Positions 27,530-36,234 of a stretch of DNA of 64,000 bases are shown one piece after another. The translations under genes were made by a program, and so were the position numbers. Source of the stretch: Bacillota bacterium. Lineage in GTDB: Bacteria > Bacillota > SHA-98 > UBA4971. The stretch's first letter is position 1. The number at the start of each line of letters is the position of its first letter. Where the stretch lies: assembly GCA_030024085.1 (NCBI GenBank), contig JASEJE010000005.1:8735-72734 (forward strand). Reading direction: 5' to 3'. The notes beneath the pieces are model-generated. The model worked only from the letters and a program-made list of their open reading frames with translations. It did no database searches and was not told where the DNA came from.

Positions 27530-28399
27530 TCACGGCCCCCCACGCGCCGTATCCACCCGGAACGTGGTCCCGTCCGTGGTGACGACCACGTCGCCGTCAA
27601 CGTCGGTGCGGTACACCCTGTCTGTGTAGTCCGCCAGGTTCAGGAGGGTTATCCGGTGAGGATGGCCGTACGAGTTCCCCGCCCCGACCAGGATCACCGC
27701 AACAGCAGGCTTCGCCGCCTTGAGAAACCATGGGCTCGACGAGGTCCTGCTCCCGTGGTGGGCAACCTTGAGGACCGCCGCGCGAAGGTCCGCCCCGCTC
27801 TTCAGCATGGCGTTCTCTGCGTCCCTCTCCGCATCGCCTGTGAAGAGGAAGCTGACTTTGCCATATTCCAGCCTGACTACGACGGAGCAGTCGTTCATGT
27901 TCTCCGGAAGCGGCTCTGTTGGGTGCAGGATCCTGGCGGCGAACCCGGGGCCGAGATCGATGCTATCCCCCGCCCGCCCCAGGCGGAACCGGATGTTCTT
28001 CTGGTCTATAAGGGTGAGGAATCGCTCGTACGTCGCCGTCGTGTGGACTTTCCCCGAATCCACCACGAGGCCCACCGGGAACGCGCGAAGCACCTCCACA
28101 AGACCGCCTATGTGGTCTGCATGAGGATGGGTGGCCACCAGCACGTCGATCTTCGCGACCTCCTGCTCTTTCAGGTAGGCGATCAGCCGCTCGGACGCAT
28201 CAGCCGGGCCACCATCGATGAGCATCGTCTTTCCCGAGGGGGCCAGGATGAGGATGGAGTCGCCCTGGCCGACATCGATGAAGTGGACCGCAAGACGCCC
28301 AGCCCCGCTTCCGGTGCCCGCACCCGCTGCGTCTGCCCCCATCATGGCAGCCCAGAGCGTCATCGCTGCAAGCGCCACAAGGGCCGCAGCCATCGGCAT
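27530..28399 (-). CDS. Membrane-anchored/secreted MBL-fold metallo-hydrolase (ComEC C-terminal-domain-like)
   Basis: HFIDVGQGDSILI...VLVATHPHADHIGGL and an N-terminal hydrophobic segment (MPMAAALVALAAMTLWAA). Confidence 0.7.
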   Translation of the reverse strand: MPMAAALVALAAMTLWAAMMGADAAGAGTGSGAGRLAVHFIDVGQGDSILILAPSGKTMLIDGGPADASERLIAYLKEQEVAKIDVLVATHPHADHIGGLVEVLRAFPVGLVVDSGKVHTTATYERFLTLIDQKNIRFRLGRAGDSIDLGPGFAARILHPTEPLPENMNDCSVVVRLEYGKVSFLFTGDAERDAENAMLKSGADLRAAVLKVAHHGSRTSSSPWFLKAAKPAVAVILVGAGNSYGHPHRITLLNLADYTDRVYRTDVDGDVVVTTDGTTFRVDTARGGP

Positions 28400-28764
28400 C
28401 CCTGTCGCAGTGCGGGGCAGACGGGCGGCGCGCGTCGGCGCGCCCCCCTGCCGGGTTCCTGGATGAGGGTTACGGTGGCACCTGCGCCGCGGCTGCCCCG
28501 GGCTCGTCAGAATCCCCTTTACGAACGCGGTGGCTCTCATGTGCCAGCCTCCTGCCCTGTGGTGCTGCGCCGCCCTTTTGCATTAGCCCAGCGCTAATAC
28601 TTCATCGCCCGGCCACCGAACTCCTGCACATTCGCGGAAAAGTCGCCGCCTGTTGCAGATGGCAGCGAGCCATGACGCATACCTTGAATGAGGATGGCGG
28701 AGCGCGCTTCGCCAGAATCCAGCCTGTCGGGCAAGTACGCGGATTCTGACACCACTCGCACGGC

Positions 28765-28816
28765 CACCGCGAGCCCAACAGCCGTTGGAAAACGCGGAGG
28801 AGCTAACGAACCCCGA
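28765..28816 (+). repeat. Copy 2 of the repeated intergenic motif (core CCAACAGCCGTTGG)
   Basis: caccgcgagcccaacagccgttggaaaacgcggaggagctaacgaaccccgac. It is exactly 17,900 bp from copy 1, in the same orientation. Confidence 0.5.
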
Positions 28817-28871
28817 CCTGGAGCCAGAGAGGCCGGACAGGCTGGTACGCCCCTTTGAGCGAAACCCACAT

Positions 28872-30362
28872 TCAGCCCAACGCCTGGATCGCGCTCTCCA
28901 GCGCCTGCACCTTCTTCTCCTCGACAACGTACACGAGCCCCCTGCCTGTTGCAGTGGCATAGTGCCCACCACCACCGCGAGCGCCCGCTCCCGCTCCCAC
29001 TTTCAGCTCCAGGACCTTGCCGTCGCCAAGGTCGAGTTCCACGCGGACCCTGGGTCGGTCGAGGCCGTAGCGGGCGTCGTCGGCCCCGGCCACCGCGCCC
29101 TGGACCACCATGGCCACGGTGACGTCGCGCACGGCTGACAGGAGCTTACCCATGTCCTCGGACGAATACCGCTTTTCGCCCGTCTTGAGCTGCCACTTCT
29201 CGCCCTCCTTGACGACCTCGGGCGCCTGCGGCGCGGGCGTGCCGCGAGGCAGTATCCCAGCTGCCGCCCCGGTACCCAGGTCAGGGTGCACGGCCTTCCA
29301 TTCCTTGCCCTCTTTCAGGAAGGCCACGGCCTTCCCCTGGTCCACGCAGGTGACGCGCAGGAGATCGTCATCGTCCCATGATAGAAGGTCCTTCTTGACG
29401 AGGTCAAACACCCCGGTTTCAAGAGGCGAGAATGCCGCCGGGCTCGCCAGGTACACTGAGGGGGAGTCGGAGGTACGCGCGTAAAACCCCTTGCCATCAG
29501 GGCCGGGTGCGCCCACGAACAGCTCGAACGGCGACGACCGCTCAGAGCTGTGAGCGTCCACGCGCAGCCTCGGGCGGTCGAGGCCCCATCTCGCGAGGTC
29601 TTTGCCCTCGTCGTCCACGAACTTGCTGACGCTGAGGCCCGTGAGATCCCAGACGAGGTCACTCACTTTCCACCTGTCGGCCACGTCGTCGAAGGGGTGG
29701 ACGATGCGCCACTCGCCCTCTCCCTCGCCCTTTTTCTCCAGCCTGATATCCTGCCCTCCGGGCGCAACGAGGCGCAGGGCGGTGACGGAATCGCTCGAAA
29801 CCCCCAAGATCTGACGCTCGCGCAGGTCGTCGAGGGTTTTTGCAAGGGCCGACACGGTGCTCGACGCAAGAATATACACAGGATCGCCATCGGCCAGCCT
29901 GGCGTAGCGTGCGCCTCCGACAGGCGTCTCGGCCCCCACGAGAAGGGTCTTTCCCCCCTGCTTTGTGTCGAGGGTGACCTTGAGCCACGGGGACGCAAGC
30001 CCGAACGCGTCGAGATCATCCGCGCCGGCGCTGGCCGTCACCTTCTTCTCGCATTTCAGGTTCCTGGCAGCGTCAACGAGGGCGTCGACAGCGGCCTTGC
30101 TGGCCGCCAGGCGCCTCGGATACGCGATCTCCCACTTGCCCCCTCCGTCGCCCGTGGCGTCGCCCTCGTCCGCGTTCCTCGCGATCTCCACCCGCCCGGA
30201 CGCCTGCTCTATGGCAACGCGCGTCACGTCATCAGCTGGCACATTGACGAGGACCTTATCCGCATCCTTGTCCGGCGGCCTCACGCCCTCAACGAAAAGG
30301 ATGTACGCCCCGAGGACTACCAGCACTGCAAGGGCGGCAAGAGTGCCTGCGAACTTCCTCAT
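28872..30362 (-). CDS. DUF4340-like protein with N-terminal membrane anchor (GldG-associated accessory protein)
   Basis: N-terminal TM helix (MRKFAGTLAALAVLVVLGAYILF), then a large soluble region. Its end abuts the GldG-like gene by 4 nt, as in ABC-2/GldG clusters. Confidence 0.5.
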   Translation of the reverse strand: MRKFAGTLAALAVLVVLGAYILFVEGVRPPDKDADKVLVNVPADDVTRVAIEQASGRVEIARNADEGDATGDGGGKWEIAYPRRLAASKAAVDALVDAARNLKCEKKVTASAGADDLDAFGLASPWLKVTLDTKQGGKTLLVGAETPVGGARYARLADGDPVYILASSTVSALAKTLDDLRERQILGVSSDSVTALRLVAPGGQDIRLEKKGEGEGEWRIVHPFDDVADRWKVSDLVWDLTGLSVSKFVDDEGKDLARWGLDRPRLRVDAHSSERSSPFELFVGAPGPDGKGFYARTSDSPSVYLASPAAFSPLETGVFDLVKKDLLSWDDDDLLRVTCVDQGKAVAFLKEGKEWKAVHPDLGTGAAAGILPRGTPAPQAPEVVKEGEKWQLKTGEKRYSSEDMGKLLSAVRDVTVAMVVQGAVAGADDARYGLDRPRVRVELDLGDGKVLELKVGAGAGARGGGGHYATATGRGLVYVVEEKKVQALESAIQALG

Positions 30363-31936
30363 AGGTTACGCCTCCTCAGCCAGATACCGCCGCCCACCAG
30401 CACGAACAAGAGCGGAAGCCCGACGACCGTGGAGTAGAACACGAAGGCCACCTGCGTATCCGTGAGGAACACCTGATTGTAGCTGGGGGACTTGGCCCGT
30501 ACGGTGATGGACTCCTCCTTACCCACGAGCCAGCTCACGGAGTTCATGAAGAGGTCGATGTTCCCCTGGAACGTCACGACGTCGTTGTCGAGGAAGCTCG
30601 CATTGCCCACCACGAGCATCCTCGCTCTCGACCCGGCGACGCCCTTGCCCGTCGCCTTCTCGCCTGCTTCCTCAGTCGCCCCCTCCGCACCATCGCTTGC
30701 AGGCGCGTCCGACGCACCTTTCGCGCCTTCAACGGCTTCTGCGCCTCCCGCGCCTTCCGCGCCGGCCTTGGCCTCCAGGGTGCGCTCAACAGCGTACGCG
30801 AGCACAAGGGGCCCTTTGATGTCGGTCTTCGCGTCGAACGACACCCGCTTCGCCGCAAGGTCAGTCTCACCCCACGACTCACCGGAGGTTTCGAGGAGCG
30901 CCGTCAGAGTAACGCCCGAGTCTCTCGTGTCCTTCACCTCATACAGGCTCCGGCTCCTCGGCAGCACGCACCCGAGTTTCGCGGTGACGAGTTTCATGGT
31001 GATGTCGTGGTACCGCACCTCGGGAATCGGGCTCCCTGCGTCAAGGAAGTAGTGACTCGCAGGGTCGATGACCACATCATCGTGCATGCCCACGCCCCAC
31101 CTGGCAACCATGGCCTTGAGGTTCGAAAGCTGCCCTTTCTGCCGGAGCGGCTCGGCGAGCACCATGACGCTGCCGCCACGGTTGACATAATCCTGGACTG
31201 CCTCGACCTCTTTCGGCGCAAGGTCCTTTTGAGGGCCCGCTATCACCAGGAGCGCCGCATCCTGGGGGACCTTGCCTTCGGTCGCCAGGTTGACGGTTTT
31301 CGTGGTGTACCCCTCGCCCTCGAGGAACGACCTCGCCTGCCAGTAGTCCTGCACGAGGTCGCGCTCATCGTGACCCACGAGGAAGTAGACGGACTTCTCC
31401 TCCTCCTGAAGCACGCCGATTATCGCGCGAGTGAACGCTTGCTCTCCTGCAAACCCCGGCATCTGGGACTCGCCGCTGTACTCTACGAGGTCGTACTGCA
31501 TCACCTTGCGGGACTCCGACCCCGACTCAACCACGGACGTGCCATATGCAGTGATCTCGTACTGTTTCGCAAGCGACGGGTTCTTGTCCGGATCGACGAA
31601 CGACACGGATATCTTGGGGGACAGCCGCGTGTACTCCTTGAGAAGGTCCTTCACCATCTCGCCCATGGCATCCCCCTCAGGGAAGAAGGCCGTTATCTTG
31701 ATGTCCCGGTCGATCTTGCGAAGGACCTGGCGCGTCTCCTCCGAGAGGGTGTACATCTTGTTTTGCGTAAGGTCCAGCTTGGCCGGGTGACGCGCCACGA
31801 TGAAGTTCACCATGAGAACTATCCCAACCACGGCGCATGTCAGCACCAGAGCATTGGACCCATAGCGCATCCTGCGGCTCAGCATGAACCTGCGCACCGG
31901 GCACGCGCGAGGAATCGCAAGTCTCATGCGCTCCAC
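30359..31936 (-). CDS. GldG-like ABC-type auxiliary component (N- and C-terminal TM helices flanking a large extracytoplasmic domain)
   Basis: Typical start VLTCAVVGIVLMVNFIVARHPAKLDLTQNKMYTLSEET and a C-terminal TM (LPLLFVLVGGGIWLRRR). Confidence 0.6.
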   Translation of the reverse strand: MERMRLAIPRACPVRRFMLSRRMRYGSNALVLTCAVVGIVLMVNFIVARHPAKLDLTQNKMYTLSEETRQVLRKIDRDIKITAFFPEGDAMGEMVKDLLKEYTRLSPKISVSFVDPDKNPSLAKQYEITAYGTSVVESGSESRKVMQYDLVEYSGESQMPGFAGEQAFTRAIIGVLQEEEKSVYFLVGHDERDLVQDYWQARSFLEGEGYTTKTVNLATEGKVPQDAALLVIAGPQKDLAPKEVEAVQDYVNRGGSVMVLAEPLRQKGQLSNLKAMVARWGVGMHDDVVIDPASHYFLDAGSPIPEVRYHDITMKLVTAKLGCVLPRSRSLYEVKDTRDSGVTLTALLETSGESWGETDLAAKRVSFDAKTDIKGPLVLAYAVERTLEAKAGAEGAGGAEAVEGAKGASDAPASDGAEGATEEAGEKATGKGVAGSRARMLVVGNASFLDNDVVTFQGNIDLFMNSVSWLVGKEESITVRAKSPSYNQVFLTDTQVAFVFYSTVVGLPLLFVLVGGGIWLRRRNL

Positions 31937-32637
31937 CTCCTGGAGTCGATGGTCCTTACAGCAAGGAACAGGAAGACGAACACGAAGCTGAGATAGTACA
32001 AGGTGTGAGAAAGGTCTATGATTCCCTTCTGGAAGTCGTCGAAGTGCTTCAGAATGGATAGCATCGATATCGCTTGCCCGACGGGTCCTGTGACGGCCGC
32101 GCTGACCCAGCTCAAGATCCAGAAGAGAAGAAGGATGCCGAACCCCACGATCCCGGCGACCATCTGATTCTCAGTGAGCGCGGATGCAAAAGTCCCCGCC
32201 GCAAGGCAGGCTGCGCCGAACAGGAACATGCCGAGGTAGCCTGAGTAGATGGGGCCCATGTCGGGGCTGCCGTAGTGCCTGAGGATGGCAGGGTAGATGA
32301 GGGTGACCGCCAGGAACACGAGGTAGGTGAGGACGCTCGCAAGGTACTTCCCGACCACGATCGAGGTGATGCTGACAGGAGACGTCAGGAGAAGCTCATC
32401 TGTGCCGAGCTTCTTCTCTTCCGCAAGCAACCGCATGGTGAGCACCGGGGCCACGAAGATGAACGTGACCGCCATGTTTCCGAGTGTCCCCTGCATGCTC
32501 GCGCTCCTCGTCGCGAAGAGGAGGATGGAGAAGAAGTACCCGGAGAGCACGAGGAACACCGCTCCCGTGACATAAGCAATGGGCGAGAGGAAGTATGCCG
32601 CCACCTCTCGCTTGAAGATGGACCATGTCTTAAGCAC
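31924..32637 (-). CDS. ABC-2 family transporter permease (GldF-like)
   Basis: Six-TM permease (IFKREVAAYFLSPIAYV...). It overlaps the upstream ATPase end. The ORF-track start at 32697 is probably an over-extension. Confidence 0.7.
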   Translation of the reverse strand: MLKTWSIFKREVAAYFLSPIAYVTGAVFLVLSGYFFSILLFATRSASMQGTLGNMAVTFIFVAPVLTMRLLAEEKKLGTDELLLTSPVSITSIVVGKYLASVLTYLVFLAVTLIYPAILRHYGSPDMGPIYSGYLGMFLFGAACLAAGTFASALTENQMVAGIVGFGILLLFWILSWVSAAVTGPVGQAISMLSILKHFDDFQKGIIDLSHTLYYLSFVFVFLFLAVRTIDSRRWSA

Positions 32638-33652
32638 TTGCCGCCACCTCCGATGCGTCGTCCAGCTTCTCCTCGGTGGTGAGCCTGAGGAATACATCCT
32701 CGAGGCTGAGGTCGACGAACCTCATCTCCAGGATGGGCCATCCGCGCTCGGCCATTTTGAAGAAGAGCGCCTCACGCACATCCGCCGCAAGTTCCGTCTC
32801 GACAGACAGAACCGCCTCGCCGGCCGGCCCGCCTGGCGTGCCGGCGCCGCTTCCCGCCTCCCCGACCGAGACCGACCTCACGCCGGCAAGCGCGCCCACC
32901 TCCGCCACGACCCCGTCCCTCGGGCCGCGCACGCGCACCGCAAGGCATCGCGATCCGCGCAGCCTGCGCGCCAGGCCCTCCGGCGTGTCGATGGCGACGA
33001 GGCGGCCGTTGTTTATGATCACGACCCTGCCGCACACCATGCTCACCTCGGGCAGAACGTGCGAGCTAAGGATGATCGTGTGCTTGCTTCCGAGGCCGCG
33101 GACAAGCTCCCGGATCTCTATGATCTGCCTCGGGTCGAGCCCCACGGTGGGCTCGTCCAGTATGAGGACGTCAGGGTCTCCGAGGAGCGCCTGGGCAAGC
33201 CCCACCCTCTGCTTGAACCCGCGCGAGATGTTCTGGATGAGACGCCCGTAGACCGGGCCCAGGCCGCACGCCTCCACGACCCTGGCGATGTGCCCCGAAC
33301 GTCGGGACCTGGGGATACCCTTGATTTCGCACACGAAGTGCAGGTAACCCCTGACCGTCATCTCGCGGTAGAGGGGCGGGTTCTCGGGAAGGTACCCGAT
33401 CCTCCGCCTCGCCTCCATAGGGTCCTCGAACACGTCGTACCCCGCGACCCTGACGGTGCCCGAGGTCGCCGCCAGGTACCCGGTTATGATCCGCATCGTC
33501 GTGGTCTTCCCGGCGCCGTTCGGCCCGAGAAACCCGAGGATCTCGCCCTTCTCCACGGAGAATGTGAGATCCTCAACCCCTCTTGCCCTGCCATACGTTT
33601 TGGTGAGGTTCTTCACCTCGATCACAGCAACGTGTTCCCCCTTTCCGTTCAT
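32630..33652 (-). CDS. ABC transporter ATP-binding protein (GldA-like)
   Basis: Walker A GPNGAGKTTT, signature (SRGFKQRV) and Walker B ILDEPTVGLD. It has a C-terminal extension typical of ABC-2 ATPases. Confidence 0.85.
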   Translation of the reverse strand: MNGKGEHVAVIEVKNLTKTYGRARGVEDLTFSVEKGEILGFLGPNGAGKTTTMRIITGYLAATSGTVRVAGYDVFEDPMEARRRIGYLPENPPLYREMTVRGYLHFVCEIKGIPRSRRSGHIARVVEACGLGPVYGRLIQNISRGFKQRVGLAQALLGDPDVLILDEPTVGLDPRQIIEIRELVRGLGSKHTIILSSHVLPEVSMVCGRVVIINNGRLVAIDTPEGLARRLRGSRCLAVRVRGPRDGVVAEVGALAGVRSVSVGEAGSGAGTPGGPAGEAVLSVETELAADVREALFFKMAERGWPILEMRFVDLSLEDVFLRLTTEEKLDDASEVAASA

Positions 33653-33689
33653 TGCGCATCACGGATCATTTCATTGCGCATCACAGATC
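33648..33689. repeat. Tandem 20-nt direct repeat (TTCATTGCGCATCAC[G/A]GATC, 2 copies, period 22) overlapping the start codon of the GldA-like gene
   Basis: ttcattgcgcatcacggatc-at-ttcattgcgcatcacagatc. On the minus strand each copy carries CAATGAA[A/C]; the upstream copy encodes the mini-uORF ATG AAA TGA. Confidence 0.4.
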
Positions 33690-34104
33690 TCGCGCGTCCC
33701 CGCACGTTTCGCGCGCCTCGACCCGAGGCGGCGGTGTCGCGATCCAAGGGGACCAAAAACCCGTCACGGGCGAAGGCGGGGCGCGCACCCACATCCGGGA
33801 CGGGCGGTCGCAACGTGCCTCGCTGGAAGACCACTCCAATAGAACGGTGGAGCGTGGGCGAAAGTTCCAGCCCGCGCGAACCTGCCCCCAGCGTCAGCGC
33901 CTATGCAGATCACCACGAATTCGCGCTGCTTTTCAGCGCGCAGGTCCTCGCCAGGGTTGCCGGTGTTGCCTTCCGGGGACAGCGCGCGCGGTGAGATGCG
34001 TTCGAATTCGGCGCTTTGAGGCCAGCCAGATTCCAGGCGCCCCGCCCCGGCAATCACCGGCAACGCAGCAACTACCGGAAAACGGACCAAGGATCAGCGC
34101 ACCC

Positions 34105-34911
34105 TCACTTGGGGCGTCGTACTTGGCTGCTCAGAACGTACGACGCCATCTCGAAAGCGATGAGGGCGGCTCCGTACGCCCCGGCGAACTGCGCCTCCTC
34201 CGGGACTGTCACCCGACAGGAGAGCCTCTCCTCCAGCGACCTCCTGACGCCGTCGTTCCGGCTCACGCCCCCGGTCATGACCACCCCGCCGCCCAGCCCT
34301 ACCCGGTGCACCATCCCCGCCAGCCTGTCAGCCACCGCGTCACACAGGCCTTTGATTATCGGCTCCGGGACCACGCCACGAGAGAGCAGGCTTATGACCT
34401 CGGACTCAGCGAAAACCGTGCAGGTGCTGGAGATCCTCGCAGCCTCCTTCGCCTTTCGCCACCTCATGCCGAACTCCTCCAGCGGAACGTTCAGCCTCGC
34501 GGCCATCACCTCGAGAAACCTTCCGGTGCCCGCCGCGCACTTGTCGTTCATCACGAAGTCCGCGACCATGCCGTCGTCGTCCAGCCGGATGACTTTCGAG
34601 TCTTGGCCTCCGACGTCCACCACCACCCGCGCTGACGGAACGAGCGCCCGCGCGCCACGGGCGTGGCACGTAATCTCGGTCACCGTCCTCGCGACACCGG
34701 TCACTCTGTCCCTCCCGTACCCGGTCGCCACGAGGGCCGCAAGATTGTCATGGCCTACACCCGCTGCACCGCAAACGATGCGAAGGCATTCGTCCGCCGC
34801 GGCGGCAAGATCCACCCCAGTGGGCATCGCGTGCCTTGCCACACAATTCCTGTCACTCAGGAGGACAGCCTTGGTGGTTGTTGACCCGACGTCTACTCCC
34901 GCGACAAACAC
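34105..34911 (-). CDS. CoA-substrate-specific enzyme activase (BadF/BadG/BcrA/BcrD ATPase family; HgdC/HadI-like activator of 2-hydroxyacyl-CoA dehydratases)
   Basis: N-terminal acetate/sugar-kinase-type ATPase motif MFVAGVDVGSTTTKAVLL, a cysteine region for the bridging [4Fe-4S] cluster, and 268 aa length typical of HgdC/HadI. Confidence 0.75.
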   Translation of the reverse strand: MFVAGVDVGSTTTKAVLLSDRNCVARHAMPTGVDLAAAADECLRIVCGAAGVGHDNLAALVATGYGRDRVTGVARTVTEITCHARGARALVPSARVVVDVGGQDSKVIRLDDDGMVADFVMNDKCAAGTGRFLEVMAARLNVPLEEFGMRWRKAKEAARISSTCTVFAESEVISLLSRGVVPEPIIKGLCDAVADRLAGMVHRVGLGGGVVMTGGVSRNDGVRRSLEERLSCRVTVPEEAQFAGAYGAALIAFEMASYVLSSQVRRPK

Positions 34912-34917
34912 CCTCTG

Positions 34918-36234
34918 TCACCCGCCCCTCCGCGCACCGAGAAGCTCGATAAAGGCCCCTAGCCTGGTGATGGCCTGCGCCTCGCTGCCGCACCTCGCAT
35001 CCACCCCGTCCCCGTCGAGGTTGAGGAAGGGAATGCCCTTTTCCTTGAGTTCCGTGGCCAGGATCGCTGCCCCGCCGTTGGACTGCCTGCACCCCCACTG
35101 TGCGAACTGCACCACACCGTCGATGGAGTACTCGTCCACGAGTCTCGCGATGGCTTCGAGCCGACGCTCGATCGGGCCCCAGCCGAAGTTTGACATCATC
35201 TTCTCCGCAAGGCTCGCGAATGGATCACGGAGGTCGAGACTGGGCCAGTATGCGAAGCTGTACTCCTCGAAAGCCACCGACGAAGCGCAGTCGCCTTCGA
35301 GATACTTGAACACCCCCGTATCATAGTAGGGCCTCAGGTTCAGCCACAGGAGCCTGTGTCGCTCCTCCCGGATGGGGAAGTCACCTGCGGCGATCGTCCT
35401 CTCGAGATGCAGCCGAAGCGCGCGATAGAACGGCGAAAGGCCGGGGCTTCCCCACGACCACAGGAACAGAAGGACGTAGTTCAGCGCCTCGGACCCACGC
35501 CACGGAGCCGGCACGTTTCGCCTCAGTGCCGAGACTCGCTCGTATTCGGCAAGAGCTTCGTTGGAGCGGCGAAGCGCCTGCGCGAGCCCCTCGAGGGAAA
35601 GCCCCGGCACGCGCCGTGCGAGGTCCCCCGCCACCTGCTCGATCTGGGAAGCAAGCCACCGCGTGGCCCGGTCGGAAGGCACGTACGGGACGCCCAGCAT
35701 GTAGAACGGGCATCCGGCGAGCCGGCTGATGTGAAAGAGCGACCTTTTTCCCCCGTCGCACAGGTGGGACGTGACGATGACGGCGGACGGGCGCGGCAGA
35801 AGACCCGCCGCGGCTCCGCCCAGGCCCGCCCGGTGGAAGCTGCAAAGGTCCGGCGAGTACCAGAGGGCCTCGCAGGCCGAGAGGCTCCTTGCGGCAAGGT
35901 CGGAGGCTGCCGCAAGCCCGGCTGCGGCCTCAGGCAGGAACGGCACGCCGCCGAGGCCGTAAACCAGCTCGGTGGGTACGAAGGCGCTCGTGAATATGCA
36001 GGGCCTGCGGCCGAGATAGGCATCGGCGAAATCAGAGAGCACGCATCTTATCGCCGCGACCTGGTATGCCTTCGCCCCGCGCAGCTCAAGCAGAGGAAGC
36101 GCCGCGGAGGCGACCTGGTAGGCCCAGCGCCTGCGCAGCAGGACCTCCGGCCGGGCCACCGCCCACCGGGCCGCTCGCCCGGCCGCTCGGCGGGCCGTCC
36201 GCCGGAGCCTCGATGGGATGCCGAGGTGCATCAT
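34918..36234 (-). CDS. 2-Hydroxyacyl-CoA dehydratase-family subunit (HgdB/HadC-like)
   Basis: ~430-aa Cys-containing protein immediately upstream of the activase with a 4-nt overlap with the partner subunit. The family call is by architecture and context; I did not verify the conserved Cys ligands by alignment. Confidence 0.55.
   Translation of the reverse strand: MMHLGIPSRLRRTARRAAGRAARWAVARPEVLLRRRWAYQVASAALPLLELRGAKAYQVAAIRCVLSDFADAYLGRRPCIFTSAFVPTELVYGLGGVPFLPEAAAGLAAASDLAARSLSACEALWYSPDLCSFHRAGLGGAAAGLLPRPSAVIVTSHLCDGGKRSLFHISRLAGCPFYMLGVPYVPSDRATRWLASQIEQVAGDLARRVPGLSLEGLAQALRRSNEALAEYERVSALRRNVPAPWRGSEALNYVLLFLWSWGSPGLSPFYRALRLHLERTIAAGDFPIREERHRLLWLNLRPYYDTGVFKYLEGDCASSVAFEEYSFAYWPSLDLRDPFASLAEKMMSNFGWGPIERRLEAIARLVDEYSIDGVVQFAQWGCRQSNGGAAILATELKEKGIPFLNLDGDGVDARCGSEAQAITRLGAFIELLGARRGG

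Noticed and set aside
10865-28816. Interpreting the two direct repeat copies as attL/attR of an integrated element
   Set aside because: The intervening 17.9 kb encodes only housekeeping or metabolic genes (feoB, PLP lyase, ADH, phosphorylase, ECF transporter, hydro-lyase, TldD). There is no integrase, recombinase, phage or plasmid gene. The repeats are not tRNA-derived.
33980-34010. GTTCGAATT that could mimic a tRNA T-loop
   Set aside because: The flanking 5-nt segments do not pair as a T-stem, and there is no acceptor or anticodon arm. No tRNA, rRNA or CRISPR array was found anywhere in the window.
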